Source of the DNA: Botryllus schlosseri
Lineage: Eukaryota
Direction: 5' to 3'
Length of the DNA: 64,000 bases
Assembly (NCBI GenBank): GCA_051294905.1
Contig: CM119374.1
Location: 5,580,001-5,644,000, forward strand
Both the position numbers and the translations under genes were made by a program. The notes below the pieces were generated by a model. The model was not told the origin of the DNA. It did not search any database and saw nothing but the letters and a program-made list of their open reading frames with translations. The first letter of the stretch is position 1. The number at the start of each line of letters is the position of its first letter. Positions 34,301 to 43,384 of this stretch are shown in pieces.

Positions 34301-36034
34301 TGGAGTCGAAGCAAAAGTAGAATCAACAAAGCTGTTTACAGATTACTGCTCACAGATTCAAATCACCATCCTGTTCTAAGAATCGGGACAACAAACCTTC
34401 CTCCCTAGTTTTGAAAATTGGTTATTGAGTGTGACCAGCTCAAGAGGTTGACTCTCCACTGTTTCTGACGCGTGTATAATATCATCAAATCAATGGTTGG
34501 TTTGTTATAAATAAGCATATATTATGTCCATATCCTCAGTACATAATCAAATACCAATATTGCATTTTGGTTTACAATCCGAATTATATATATACAGTGC
34601 GGTCCGCAAATTAATTAAGATGTTGAATGAAGCCGCGAGCAAGATGTTTGTCTAGCACCCCTGCTGTAACCGATGCCGAACGTAGCACTTGACCACTTAA
34701 TTCTACCCAACAAGTAATAAATGTCTCTATATCATCTTCTCAATGACCTCTTTTAACAGGTCTTTTCATTCTCATTATAACTGTTTTACGAAACGATGAT
34801 GTGGGAAACTCAATATCAGGCAGATTTAGTTCTGTGACTGACAGAGTCGCCAGGGACCCAAGTCAATATTATGCTGAAACGATCCGAAACGCTAATAGGT
34901 AAGTCAACAAATTAATATGCAGTTTCGAATCCATCCTATCCAAATATTCTGGTACAATTTGCTGGTAAAAACTCGAAGAACGCATAGTAGTTTCTCTTTT
35001 AAGATCACCATACATTGTAATTCATTCGCATACACTTGCTCTGTGGGCCAATAACCTGCTTTTACAGTAAGTTGAAACGATAGTAAAATATCACTTAGAA
35101 ATATCAAGTCATATTTTTCGTTATCAAATCGCAAGTTATGTCATTGGTAATTCTACAACATCAGACTTCACATCGACTCTAATACTATAACCTCAATACC
35201 AGTTTAGTGTCGAAGTACAACACAAACCAACTCCGTGATGTTGAATTATTAGGTACAACCTACCTGGTATCTTGAGGTTCCACGGTGACACTTGTATCCG
35301 AACAGTATCCACGCTTCGTTTATATTCAATAAAAGGATGAATCAGTTCTGAAGGCAATGTCTGGCTTATACGGTCCTTTCAAGATAATGTCTTATAGGCG
35401 CAGATTTATTCTCGTTATTTAGATCGTAGATCGATGTCGATCGGTAAATATAGGGGTGAACGCCAAATTTCAAATGTCAATTAATAATGATATACAAAAA
35501 AATGAAACAAGCTTACCCTATGGCTGCGATAACCGCAAGGCTTGACGTAGTTAACCATCGGCAATTATGTTTAAAGTGACGCTAAGTATTTAGCGGATAC
35601 AAATAAGCATGGCAAATTCATGTTTTGCGTGAAGGTTATCTTAGCGTCGCATGTGGTAATTGTCGAAATGATTTACGATGGCCATGGTCCCTCCGTGCGT
35701 GTTACTCCTTTAATTGCTTTAAACATGAGTGGCTTTCATTTACTGCAATTATCTAAATTCCATCACCTACCCACGGCACATCAATAACAAAGTACAAGGA
35801 AGGTATGGAGACTAAACCTAACGTATTCTGGTTTTCAATTAAACCCTATGCTTTTCTTCTTTTTGAGAAATTAGTGTACTCATGGTGGTGATATCACGGT
35901 GTTATATGCTCCCTTTCCTTGTTCGTTACAGTGCATATTCCAACCCGACTTTCACTGGCCCCAACAATCCTTACACGGGAGAAACAGAGGATGAACACTA
36001 TTACTACTCGATCGACGACTGGGGAGACCGTTGA
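1262..36034 (+). CDS. Adhesion GPCR (family B2/aGPCR), 5'-partial; join(1262-1350,1416-1574,7652-7728,12278-12417,14886-15050,15760-15956,19261-19419,21178-21293,26425-26665,29189-29346,31903-32029,32097-32271,34760-34898,35932-36034)
   Basis: Exons found by eye, each with AG/GT boundaries and matching intron phases, giving one open frame. It contains GAIN motifs (ASMFIP..; WIVVYRNSILF), the GPS (CAYW..WSPDGC..CTCNHLTNFASLF), seven hydrophobic segments with aGPCR signatures (GCSIS; LLHLFMLSSCAWM; CWM in ECL2; SLQG) and a stop at 36032-36034. The first exon's acceptor is uncertain. The N-terminus is presumably upstream of the window. Confidence 0.92.
1416..1574 (+). CDS. aGPCR exon, GAIN-A helices (EIATEDITDENREETSSNLEILTSEPEELNEEDIDATTEVIVEV...)
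   Basis: ttttag| acceptor, |gtaaat donor, 53 codons, phase 0/0. Confidence 0.88.
2369..4041. mobile_element. Non-autonomous hAT (TIR CAGGGGTGGCCAACCT) with nested inserts
   Basis: Perfect 16-bp TIRs; perfect 8-bp TSD ATCTAGCC (2361-2368/4042-4049). Confidence 0.9.
3321..3595. repeat. 42-bp minisatellite (about 6.5 units, AATTAGATTAGAATTAGAATTCGAGCATAAGAACAATTCAC-like) inside a TTAGAA-rich element (about 2725-3675)
   Basis: Direct reading of the tandem units; a related element lies at about 60730-62200. Confidence 0.85.
5643..6254. mobile_element. hAT-type MITE (TIR CAGTGGCGGCT)
   Basis: TIR pair; TSD CCAAAGGC/CCAAAGAC (1 mismatch). Confidence 0.8.
6616..6798. mobile_element. Short MITE (termini AATGTTC...GAACATTG, CTGCGCA repeats)
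   Basis: 8-bp duplication CACCTCAC; the homologous site in the sibling copy near 20670 is empty. Confidence 0.75.
7652..7728 (+). CDS. aGPCR exon (VADSVVTTISNLMESPSIEDYSDSS)
   Basis: tttacag| and |gtaagt; phase 0/2; V..TISNL GAIN-A motif. Confidence 0.88.
8444..11631 (-). mobile_element. DNA transposon, Kolobok(H)/Mutator-like, with transposase ORF
   Basis: TIR GGGGGAGGGTACTGCT(A/G)GACTC at both ends; TTAA directly outside the right end only; encloses the 592-aa transposase. Confidence 0.85.
9442..11220 (-). CDS. DDE transposase, Mutator-like/Kolobok-H-type (592 aa)
   Basis: Motifs SYDGTWQKRGH, C.KNHEGSSGAME, ISDGDSS, EECINHVNKRM, H..C....C and TQNANECLH; no internal stops. The start is an alternative codon in the ORF track. 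Confidence 0.88.
   Translation of the reverse strand: MLIVVLIMRTKITTKKAFGNRKRKCYNRGKVPVVPKKSFEKRLDLLSPSTSGSGGSDSAETFFLASFAFFDSVVQKIVNCPDCGSTDKGYWNCIQHKGFATQIIIGVSCCKKEIFRQYTSEMKDIVELDGKNHSHHQINTRAVFSALQNSMHLAKLNSFTEMMGIEKGISKKSFEKISALIYNRTKSTLKDSIDSSRQSVKNIYDQSDENGLTNISVSYDGTWQKRGHVSKYGIGFVIEPSTGFVLDYEVKSKYSRVCDTNEKRYKDEALKKWREEHEPVCYKNHEGSSGAMERDIAKILWHRSAEIGFRYTTMISDGDSSVMAMLKESKPYGSIAVVKEECINHVNKRMYTRLTKVVQTEKLKKHKMGGVGKLSIPRIKKWSQYYHNAIVNSAPDAKEASKKVWAILLHNCSTPEKPTHGYCDEAWCFYKKAKREGASDPIPLPKSKYHPLTPQMFQAVKPVFQDLASLDLLSRCMKLQTQNANECLHSTLWKRCSKDSFCGKDYMEFVVALAVIRWNNGAKGLFNVCNSAGVPMSPRVKDTASRDDAIRIKRSHTQADTTRERKRKRLDDLSKDRESERHEGTTYSAGKF
12278..12417 (+). CDS. aGPCR exon (LIVQLDTVAEKVELSSNSSATRSIRNTDMVST...)
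   Basis: tgtgcag| and |gtgagt; phase 2/1. Confidence 0.85.
12828..14130 (+). mobile_element. Non-autonomous hAT-like element (termini CAGGGCCGTAAC...GTTACGGTGCTG), family A
   Basis: Perfect TSD TGTTTATG; imperfect TIRs; internally duplicated unit; siblings at about 6255-7280, 20017-20927 and 55945-57209. Confidence 0.88.
14886..15050 (+). CDS. aGPCR exon (KTGFGVAVLRRPD...RVQASMFIPGEAAAK)
   Basis: gttag| and |gtgacc; phase 1/1; AS-x-x-IP GAIN-B motif. Confidence 0.85.
15760..15956 (+). CDS. aGPCR exon (SRSWIVVYRNSILF...ILSANV...ENITFS)
   Basis: atttcag| and |gtaagc; phase 1/0; Y....LF and ILSA motifs. Confidence 0.9.
19261..19419 (+). CDS. aGPCR GPS exon (PVCAYWLEHVTDWSPDGCTV...ICTCNHLTNFASLF)
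   Basis: tttttccag| and |gtaagt; phase 0/0; canonical GPS with HL|T autoproteolysis site. Confidence 0.96.
19506..19790. mobile_element. hAT MITE (CAGGGGCGTCAAA...TTTGACACCCCTG)
   Basis: TIR pair; TSD degraded (CAATAATC/CATTATTT). Confidence 0.65.
19897..21150. mobile_element. Non-autonomous Buster hAT (TIR CAGTGGTTCCCAAC) with a nested family-A copy
   Basis: TIR identical to the autonomous element; perfect TSD GCTTAAAG. Confidence 0.92.
20017..20927 (-). mobile_element. Family-A element, reverse orientation, nested
   Basis: Reverse-complement similarity to 12828-14130, including both terminal motifs. Confidence 0.75.
21178..21293 (+). CDS. aGPCR TM1 exon (DTTSVVTSIYALDIITSVGCSISSVALIAVIFIYTFCA)
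   Basis: ccacag| and |gtgagt; phase 0/2; AL..IT..GC.IS motif. Confidence 0.93.
21770..22025 (-). mobile_element. Putative tRNA-derived SINE
   Basis: Minus strand shows an A-box-like TAGCGCACTGG and B-box-like GGGTCGAAGTCC; body motifs shared with about 43015-43145 and 61765-61900. Confidence 0.5.
22807..25405 (+). mobile_element. Full-length, apparently autonomous Buster-type hAT transposon
   Basis: Perfect 15-bp TIR CAGTGGTTCCCAACC; flanks share TCTAGGC (near-perfect 8-bp TA-core TSD); single intact ORF. Confidence 0.93.
23443..25212 (+). CDS. hAT Buster-family transposase (ZBED5/FAM200/SCAND3-like), 589 aa
   Basis: BED finger (CMHC..KLRNH....HP), LQLDESTD, CTDGAPAM, CSLH, VRWLSRG and dimerisation-domain TTYLCESGFS; full DDE triad. 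Confidence 0.95.
   Translation: MPKVRKWKESYVTFGFTKVLRDCLECAQCMHCSYVMSNASLRPSKLRNHHDKNHPRRNDIGNDALAAKRVRFDREATLNHFGFLPEEKPALQCSYEVAYRIARCKKPHTIAEDLIKPCAEKMVELLIGPAEKKKIQKIPLSNNTIRRRIDDMAVNVCQQVCSEIKQSKIQASLQLDESTDCALENHLIAFARYEKEGKIKEEFLFCNTMPGTTTAVDVKTIVNSFFDANGLGWQNFKHICTDGAPAMVGVKGGFVTLVKKEWPHVTSSHCSLHRYALASKTLPSSMMKVMDDAVKVINFIRARAKNHRLFQILTKEMGAEHVRLLFYTNVRWLSRGKCLSRLYELRVEVEIFLRENKNNLHAHFQNDEFVMILAYLADVFGCFNEMNLSLQGRDVTVGDVQDKLAGICARIGVWGERIKVRSTFSFPLLSQYLEIKKVELPVGIQTCISEHLRVVSAEFESYFPEKRVHNPWYKDPFNTEIDPIEEEAEELAELQVSNALKLVFENREDFASFWMSLYDSYPLLSKKASVLLVQFATTYLCESGFSDLATIKTKSRNRLDVGSDIRLAVSKTEPNIKSLVRRSQEQISH
26425..26665 (+). CDS. aGPCR TM2-TM3 exon (LSWRGERYHASFLLVSLSVSLLGM...CITIAMLLHLFMLSSCAWMNCDAVVLGIDVVK)
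   Basis: tatcag| and |gttcgt; phase 2/0. Confidence 0.92.
29189..29346 (+). CDS. aGPCR TM4-ECL2 exon (PFYSKNNVESKRLLLWSILWAVVMPLLFVGISAAVNTDNYVYG...)
   Basis: tttcag| and |gtgagt; phase 0/2; W..P motif. Confidence 0.92.
29376..31326. mobile_element. Composite non-autonomous hAT (TIR CAGTGGTCGGGA)
   Basis: TIR pair; TSD GCATACGT/GCATACAT; contains the 29523-29825 MITE and another insert at about 29932-30714. Confidence 0.85.
29523..29825. mobile_element. MITE with a telomere-like (TTAGG/TTAGGG)n core
   Basis: 19-bp perfect inverted repeat GACATATGAGCATGCGACA (29531-29549/29799-29817); GG...CC termini; 8-bp TSD CTCGAAAC. Confidence 0.8.
31903..32029 (+). CDS. aGPCR TM5 exon (CWMDPEKVLYLAIIPTALMIFFNLAVYIVL...)
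   Basis: ttttcag| and |gtaagt; phase 2/0; CW and P......N motifs. Confidence 0.93.
32097..32271 (+). CDS. aGPCR TM6-TM7 exon (RRLLTNFTIVFNLGVSLVFGF...AFAYILTISTSLQ)
   Basis: 67-bp intron, then tttcag| and |gtaagg; phase 0/1. Confidence 0.93.
32533..33841. mobile_element. Non-autonomous Buster-like hAT (CAG(G/T)GGTTCTCAAC)
   Basis: Perfect TSD GTCTAAAA; GGGGGCGCG subterminal repeats. Confidence 0.9.
33211..33727. mobile_element. Nested hAT MITE (CAGGGGTGGGCA...TGCCCACCTCTG)
   Basis: Perfect TSD TATTAGAT; related to the right arm of 2369-4041. Confidence 0.88.
34760..34898 (+). CDS. aGPCR TM7 end/helix 8/tail exon (GLFILIITVLRNDDVG...SQYYAETIRNAN)
   Basis: ttaacag| and |gtaagt; phase 1/2; completes SLQG.FI. 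Confidence 0.92.
35932..36034 (+). CDS. aGPCR probable terminal coding exon (AYSNPTFTGPNNPYTGETEDEHYYYSIDDWGDR*)
   Basis: Long pyrimidine tract ending gttacag|; phase 2 matches the previous exon; ends in TGA. Confidence 0.75.
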
Positions 36035-38337
36035 CCTTCCAGTTAATCAGCAAAAACACTTCTATCAAACTGCACGTACCTTCTCGTATATTCTAGTATA
36101 CCGCATAGATGTTTACTGATTTTCTCTTGTATATATTCCATATTTTAAAATCGTTAATTTTTCTGTTCGACTCCGTTCAGTATTGGAAATAATCCACAGT
36201 TGGTCAATAAGCTATTTTTTATATATATACTTGTGTTTCTATTCGTTGACCGAAAAAATATTACAAACAGCAGTGTATGACATCATGTGGCATATAGGCT
36301 GAACTGTATATAGTCCAGGACTAGATAGAGATAATAGTGACGTCTGCCCAAAGTTATTTCCCAAGAGCTTTAAAATTGATTAGAAATCACACCAACAGTT
36401 GGCATAGACTGTAGTAGAAAGTATTAGGTCAAACGTTAGTTCAATTGCATTGATGCGGTTATGATTGGATAAAAAGCATAACACACGAATATGCATTTTA
36501 TACAACGATTCCGTCATGACCTGTATTTTGCGTACTACATTCACCCAGTCTTTATGTTTATTGTGAAATTTGTATTCCGAATGTGAATTATCTGCGACGA
36601 TAAGATACATCTCTCTCTTCTCCAAAGCAAGTGAGTTTTTCGGAGGATAATATCGGTTCAACCAGCCTAAGACCATTATTTGCTGTTTTCCTGCTTCTTC
36701 CGGAACTTTGGTTGTGTTGGGCAATTGGTTGGCCACCCCTAATCTAGTGGTCAGCCTTGATGAAATCCTTCTGATCTTTAACAGTTTAAAATATCTTATG
36801 ATAAAATACACACTGAGTTTATTTCGTGGAATGAAGATGTAATCCGCTGCAGCTGTGGTTCTCAAACTGTGGGACACCTCTTTTGGGGTCGTGAAAGCAT
36901 CTAAAGGGGGCGCCACAATAAAGAGCAACCGAATGCATGTAATAGTTAGCTGATGCTGTTTATGGCCAGTCTGTCACGCATCTGTGCAGAGTGAGCAGAA
37001 AACCGAAAGTTATGGAGAAATAAGATATTTCCATATAAAATTATGCCAGAGTGTAACCAAGTCAAAATGCTCCGAGTCACAAGTCAATCTCGCTTTTATA
37101 GTTTTGAATAAGTCGAGTCAGTTTCAATTCACCGCCGAGTCAAGTCCAAGTCACGGAGAAGAGTGTCGAGCATGAGCCATAATGTTTTGATATGAGTCCG
37201 AGTCCAAGTCATTGTGTTGACTGTTCAGTTCCGAGTTAATGTGAAACCCACTTTTTAAACTCTGCTCGGTGATATCGAATGATATGCATTCATAATATAA
37301 TGATCTTCCTCACTGTTAACAGTTTCTGGTAGCAATTTCAAGTACCAGTATTTATAAACGAAATAATAAAAGTGTGTTTACTTTGCCATTCTTCGAAATT
37401 ACAATGAAATGACTGCTTTGCTAGACACAATCTCGAGTCATATGACTTGTTACTCGAGTACAAATCGATTCAATGCACAAATTGACTCGAGTCAAGACGA
37501 GTCATTTTTTATACTTTTAAGAAAATGAATCGAGTCAAGTCGAGTCACCAGAGAATCGTTACTCCAGTCATGACTTATGACTTGAGTCATTACAGCCATA
37601 TGCCAGATAAAATAATATGCTTTATGAATCAAAGAATCAAGGATTCGAACTGAAGTAACTTACAACGTAGCTACTCCGAGCATACTCGATTAGGACACAT
37701 TTCCTAGAATGCCACTCTGAAGAAGCGCATTTCATAGCAGCCCAAGAAGTAATCAATTGAATTCTTCTCTTACCGAACACATGCGAGCCGTAGAGAAAAA
37801 TGTTTGTCCCTCGTTTCGTCCCAAGTTTGAAGGCCGTGCGTCCCGCACCATTGGTGATTGTTTTAACTTGTGGTCAGGTACGTTGAAGCGAAGCGAAGTA
37901 GAGGGGATTAGACATCAATATCGTTAAAATATCTTTATGCGCTACGTGCTACCATTGTATATAATTATTATTGACAAACTATTCTACTGAAATCTGCGCT
38001 ACTCAGAATTATTTACCTCCAGCTCGGAATTAGTGCATCTTGTATAGTCCGAATGACACATGTGAGACGTCTCGCGACAGTTCGAACTTTTCATGCTATA
38101 AACTAGCGTCGGGATTGCGAATATTACGGTTGCTCTTATAAATATTTTATGGGATATTGCGATAAGGGGACGTGAAATTGTTCACTGTCATCAATGGGGG
38201 ATATGGAAATAGGTTTGAGAACCGCTGCGCTACAGCAATGCCGTGGCTCTCCAGCGAGACCGAATGAACCGGGTCCAAGTTTCGGGCAGGTAGGTTCAAT
38301 TTTCATTTTGAAATATCGTTTTGAGATTTTCCAAGAA

Positions 38338-38900
38338 TGGCATTCCCTTCAATTGGGAGGCCGCACAATTGGTCATGCACGGCCGCAGATTGGACAAAGT
38401 TGATCTTCTACGATTTGACACTGGCGTGTTTCAGTTACACAATCGGTTCACACCGCCGTGTCAACATGATTTGTGAATATGGTTCACCAACACCGAATTA
38501 GTCATTAATTGGACAACTAGAAATTGTTGCAAGCGTTATTGGATACTGTTCTTAAAGGGATATCCGAGAAGCAATAGTTTGCTGGTGTGTCATTTGAAAC
38601 AACTGAGTAAATTGAGTAAACAGAGGTAAACGAGTAAAAGATATGGTAAGGGATTACAACAGGATTACAATTATCTTTACAGCTGATTTCGTGAGCAGGA
38701 TGTTGGTACAAATAAATGCTGGTGGACCGTAAATATATATTGTTGGCACCATATATGGCAGTCGGACAACGTAACATTAGTTGCGACGATAAAGAAACCT
38801 AGCGCATTCACACGATATTCACAGAACGCAGGGCAATTCGCCTGCGATAATAATATGTTAAGTTATATATGTGAAATCGTGAACGCGCAAATACTTCATA
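38338..38900 (+). repeat. Dispersed repeat, copy 1 (copy 2 at about 60010-60600)
   Basis: Colinear similarity starting GCATTCCCTTCA(A/G)TTGGGAGG. Confidence 0.75.
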
Positions 38901-39392
38901 ATATAAAAATCTCCCTCAGTGGAAAGATGACATATGTCTAGGAAGGAGAGTAAATACGGTTGAAACAAGCAGGGCTTCCTGTACAAAACGCTAAACTCGC
39001 TTCGTTGTCATATATTAGGCTTACCATATTTTGGAAATCTAAAAAGAGGACACTTTTTCAGAAATTTGAGACTTGCAAAACCGAAGGAGAATTCTCAAAA
39101 CCGGTGAATTTTTCTCTTCACATTGCTAGGTGGTTGACTAAAAAAAAGGTCATCTTCTCGCTCAGAGCTCATATCACCGTTTTTCCCTCCGAAATACCCG
39201 CCGGAGCGTCACTTCTGTGCTAATTTACGGCATATCACTCGCATTTTGCTATAAATATGACCCAAATTTTCAAAAAAGAGGACAAAATCTCAATAAAGAG
39301 GGCAAAGGGGCGTCCTCCGAGGACACTTTCAAAAAAGTCAAACAAGAGGACAAATCCTCTTAAAAGAGGACGTATGGTAATCCTATCATATA

Positions 39393-40270
39393 TTGGCAAG
39401 GCAAGACATCGCAAAAATCTCGCTAAATTACGATGTCGTGTGCAGCAGGTGTGACCAATGGAGAATTCTTGCGCAGTCAGACATGATCTCTGCGAAGAAC
39501 TATTGGACCCCCTGCCGCGCCCAGGGAGCCGTGCCTGCTTCCAGTAACTCTTCTCCTTCGACGTCTACGATTGCTGCGCGACTCGACGGAATCTACCCCC
39601 TTTCTTCGCGTTCTAAAGTCCGCTTTGCCGTTGACGCAGCGGAAAACTCTGCAACGTCCTTTCCCGGTACTATACCGAACCCTCTCTCACCCGTGACCAA
39701 TCTCTCATTTTCATCGGAAGCCGCTTCATGGGTAACCGTACTTTCCCGGGCATGGTCACGAATAGTTCTAACTCTATCCCTTCTCTCACACTCGCAATTC
39801 TTCATCTTCGACTACCCCCTCTGGGCCATGTGACTCGCCAACAGTCGCAACGCCATCAAATTCTTCTGCGCCTCAAACCCCGTCCCCGATACTTATTAGC
39901 CGATTCCCGGTCCGTAAGCCAGTCGCTGGGGCCTTACCCGCTGCCTGTGCCTGGATTCTGACTGCCGGGAGTAGCAACCAGTCCCTAGATCGTCTCACCA
40001 CACCAAACCCAAAAATTGTGGTCTCCCACCCCAGGGATTTTACTCCCTCCCCACCCCAAACGTTCGTGAGTAGTCATTTGAGTTTAGACTCTTCACCAGA
40101 CCCAATTCCTTCGCTGTCGGAATTGTTCTAGGCACCTCTGCCGGGTAGCGGCGGCTCTACTCAAGAGCTTCTTACCCGGTTGGACCGGGGATGTCATTTC
40201 CCACCACACGCGATGATCCGAAACAGATATCGTCGGCGGGAGCGAGTCCAAACATCGTAGACTCACCTAT
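39393..40270 (+). pseudogene. Possible degenerate N-terminal region of an R2/NeSL-like non-LTR retrotransposon
   Basis: GC-rich; CSRC....C zinc-finger-like motif followed by S/P-rich low complexity. The link to the RT fragment at 52980 is inferred only. Confidence 0.3.
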
Positions 40271-40280
40271 CGTCGGTCAG

Positions 40281-40506
40281 AGTATAGAAATTAAACATGG
40301 AACGGCAACGACCGATTTTGCATCTTCGTTCCGCTTCGCCGAGGCTGGAGTGGAGAATTGTTTTGCGTAAGCGACTGTAGGATTTCTGGCAATCCAAAAG
40401 CTATCTTCCCGAGCGCTGAAATTACTGAATCTGGTCTTGATCGAAAGCTACTGTTGTACCGATTCCGAAAATATAAATTAAAACAATGATCAGGCACTGA
40501 TCCACC
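40281..40506 (+). repeat. About 226-bp dispersed repeat (second copy 5929-6154) with a 3' hairpin GATCAG-GCA-CTGATC
   Basis: Near-identical copies read directly. Confidence 0.85.
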
Positions 40507-40583
40507 TAGAATCCGTCCTCCAAGTCTGAAATATCGGCATCTGGCAGCTTAAATTGTCCGTTATAGTGTTCGAAAGTCATATT

Positions 40584-42083
40584 ATGCCGGGTTGTTGTGT
40601 GCCTTATTGTGTGAGACGTGGCAGTCATTTAATCCCAAAACATTCATTAGTTCGTGAAAAATGGATTATTGCTACTAAAAGGATAGATCCTGTTAGCAAA
40701 CAAAAGCTTTGGACCCCTGGTCCTGGGGCAGTTGTTTGCCGGGCTCATTTCACCCAACAGGATTATCACATATCACCTGCTGCAAGTAAGGCACTTCGAT
40801 CAGTTTGCTACATAAAGCGTTATTAATTCCAGTCAAACATATGTAATTTACATTTGCTGACCGGAGTTCCTACTATATATATAATAATTATCTATTTGAA
40901 TTACAGGTAATCTGATGAGGCTTAATCAAGATGCAGTCCCGTCTTTCTTTGATTTCAAGAAAGCAAGACCTTGCAGGAGACCCCTAATAAAATATTATAA
41001 AGCGCCGTCGACACCTAAATCGGTTGCAAAAGATTCACCTGCCACGGTACTTTTTTCCTGGATGTGCACGATATACAATGTGAGGAGACTGTTGAATCAA
41101 CCGTACCGGTACCGGTAACTCATAACAATACTGAAAAGAGCTATGAATCTAGCAATTCTGCCATCCCTGAACAATACATAGCTCATAGCAATACGCAACC
41201 AACATTAAATCCGCTACAGATGTATTATTCGAACGATGAAGCCGTGAAATATTATACTTCTTTCGACAATTACAGCCACTTCAAAATCTTTTTTAACACT
41301 CTTGGCCCGTCCGCCTACGAATTGAATTACAGCTGTCTGGCATTAAATCCTGAGGAACATCTGTTTTTAGCATTAATGAAGCTGAGGCAAGCTAAAGAGG
41401 ATTTTGAACTGTCCATTATGTTTGGAATATCAAAGCAGACTGCAGGAAGAATATTTAAAACATGGCTGGATTTTTGGTATTACCAATTGAAAGACTTGGA
41501 AGTTTGGCCTAGTTGTGAGACAGTGAAGCAAACATTGCCACTTGACTCCAAGAAATAGTTTCCCACAACTAGAGTTATCCTGGATGCAACTGAAATTCCT
41601 ATACAAAAACCAACTGATCTTTTGGCGCAAAGTGCAACATTTTCTTCTTATAAAAATCGTAATACCTCAATGACTATCATTGGCTGCTCACCATCCGGAC
41701 TCGTATGCTATGTATCCGATACATATGGAGGCAGAGCAACAGACCGTCAAATTATGGAGAGGCCTGCAATGTTATCAAACCCTGATATGCTTCACCCTGG
41801 GGATAGCATAATGGTGCAATATTTGTTTGGGACGAAGGGAGTGTTTGTCAATACGCCTCACCTCATGAAATCAAGGAGTCAACTTGATCCGAAAGAAGTC
41901 ATTCAGGGCAGTCGAGTGGCATCAAAGCGTACCCATATTGAACGTATTATTGGCCTCGCTAGAACGTTCAAAATTCTCAAGAAGGAACTTGATATATCAA
42001 GGATACCTGACACTCATCAGATCATTTTCGTGTGTTTCATGACATGCAATTTTCGCAACAGCATTGTCGACCAATATGCTTAG
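40584..42083 (+). pseudogene. THAP + HTH + DDE_Tnp_4 (Harbinger/ISL2EU) transposase pseudogene; intron 40786-40906
   Basis: THAP C2CH (MPGCCVPYC..W...C..HF..AVPS); HTH (EEHLFLALMKLR..FGIS..T); ILDATE, SSYK, YGGRATD, HIERIIG. Frameshift near 41050, TAG at 41556-41558, and the ADKGF block is missing after GDSIM. Confidence 0.9.
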
Positions 42084-42526
42084 ACACTAGTATCAGTTCA
42101 ATAACATTTACATCATTTCAAAACACCGCAAATCGAGGGGTCACCACCAGGTTAACTGTTCAAAAGATTCGGTGTCCTAAACATATAAGCAGGGTTGCCA
42201 TACCGTCCTTACTTCTAGGATTTGTCCTTATTTTGAAAGGCCAGGTCTTAGAAAACTCAACTGACCTTATTTTTAAGAAATGTCCTTATTTTCGACTTGC
42301 GTCCTTATTTTCAACAACTACAGAACTTCGATTTTTTCCCTATGTTATCTGTGTTGCACAATATTTTAAAATAATGATTTTACGGGGAGATTTAATGACA
42401 TCAGAAATGAAAAGAACGCCCGGCGTGTGCACACCACAGGATTTGACTTATAAGTGGTGAGATCATAGTGTCCCAAACGGTGTGGACAGAGCGAGATTGA
42501 ACGGCTCACTGCATTTGGGTTTGCAT

Positions 42527-43384
42527 CAGGGGCGGGCAACTTCTCCAGTCGGCGGGCCGGATATAGGAAAATTAAGTACTTGGCGGGCCGGATTGCTCAA
42601 TCGATACATTATTACCCCATTTATCCACATATACAAGGTGTAAATCGTATTTAATGAATGTATTTTACCGACTGCAATGTCACTTCAAAGCTATTTCTCG
42701 CCAATAATGACGAAGACAATGTGGATTTGAGAACAGCATTGTCATGCAGGCGCCGCCATGTCTGCTTCTCTCCGATCAATCAACACACGCTGCAATCACT
42801 AATTAAGATTTCAAGGCGTTCGATAAGGCCGATACCTCAAATATACGGATATAATATATCCGATATATCAATTCATTAGGGCTGAGTAGGTGACGAGATA
42901 GGGTCGTTGTTCAACTGTGTGGCATATTTTATCTCGATATTGAATTCATGCTGACCGCGGCTTCTACGACAATTAAAAAGTGGCGCGCGACCCATTTTGA
43001 GTAGGCGACCCCGGGCATAAGCGGTGTCTTACAAAATCCTAGAACTGTGCCGTGCTACATGTCGGCGGCCACGGAATCAAAAATAAGAAATATCGGCCTG
43101 GTGTAAATGACCATTGCAGTCGACAAACACCATGATTACCACAAACGATATTAGGGTTGACTACATCGTAAATGCCGATAATGCAAGTCTTCCCGCTTCG
43201 ACGAACTTAGCGTAAGCTCCACTATCGCACGCTGCGCAGTGCGCATACATGTATATAATAACTTACAGTCACTAAAATTAGACGTAGTAAGCAAGTAGCG
43301 GGGAATCTCGCCAGACTGTAGCCGCGGGCCGCATTATCATATAAGACGGAAAACTGTCCGCGGGCCGTATGTTGTCCGCCCCTG
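42527..43384 (+). mobile_element. hAT MITE (TIR CAGGGGCGGGCAAC)
   Basis: TSD GTTTGCAT/GTTTACAT; sibling at 61300-62128. Confidence 0.88.

Noticed and set aside
36380-36928. 182-aa minus-strand ORF just downstream of the aGPCR
   Set aside because: Starts inside a MITE end, has no recognisable domain and no splice support; probably a chance ORF.
42032-42460. 142-aa ORF after the DDE gene
   Set aside because: Reads through the TSD/TIR and subterminal repeats of the 42190 element.
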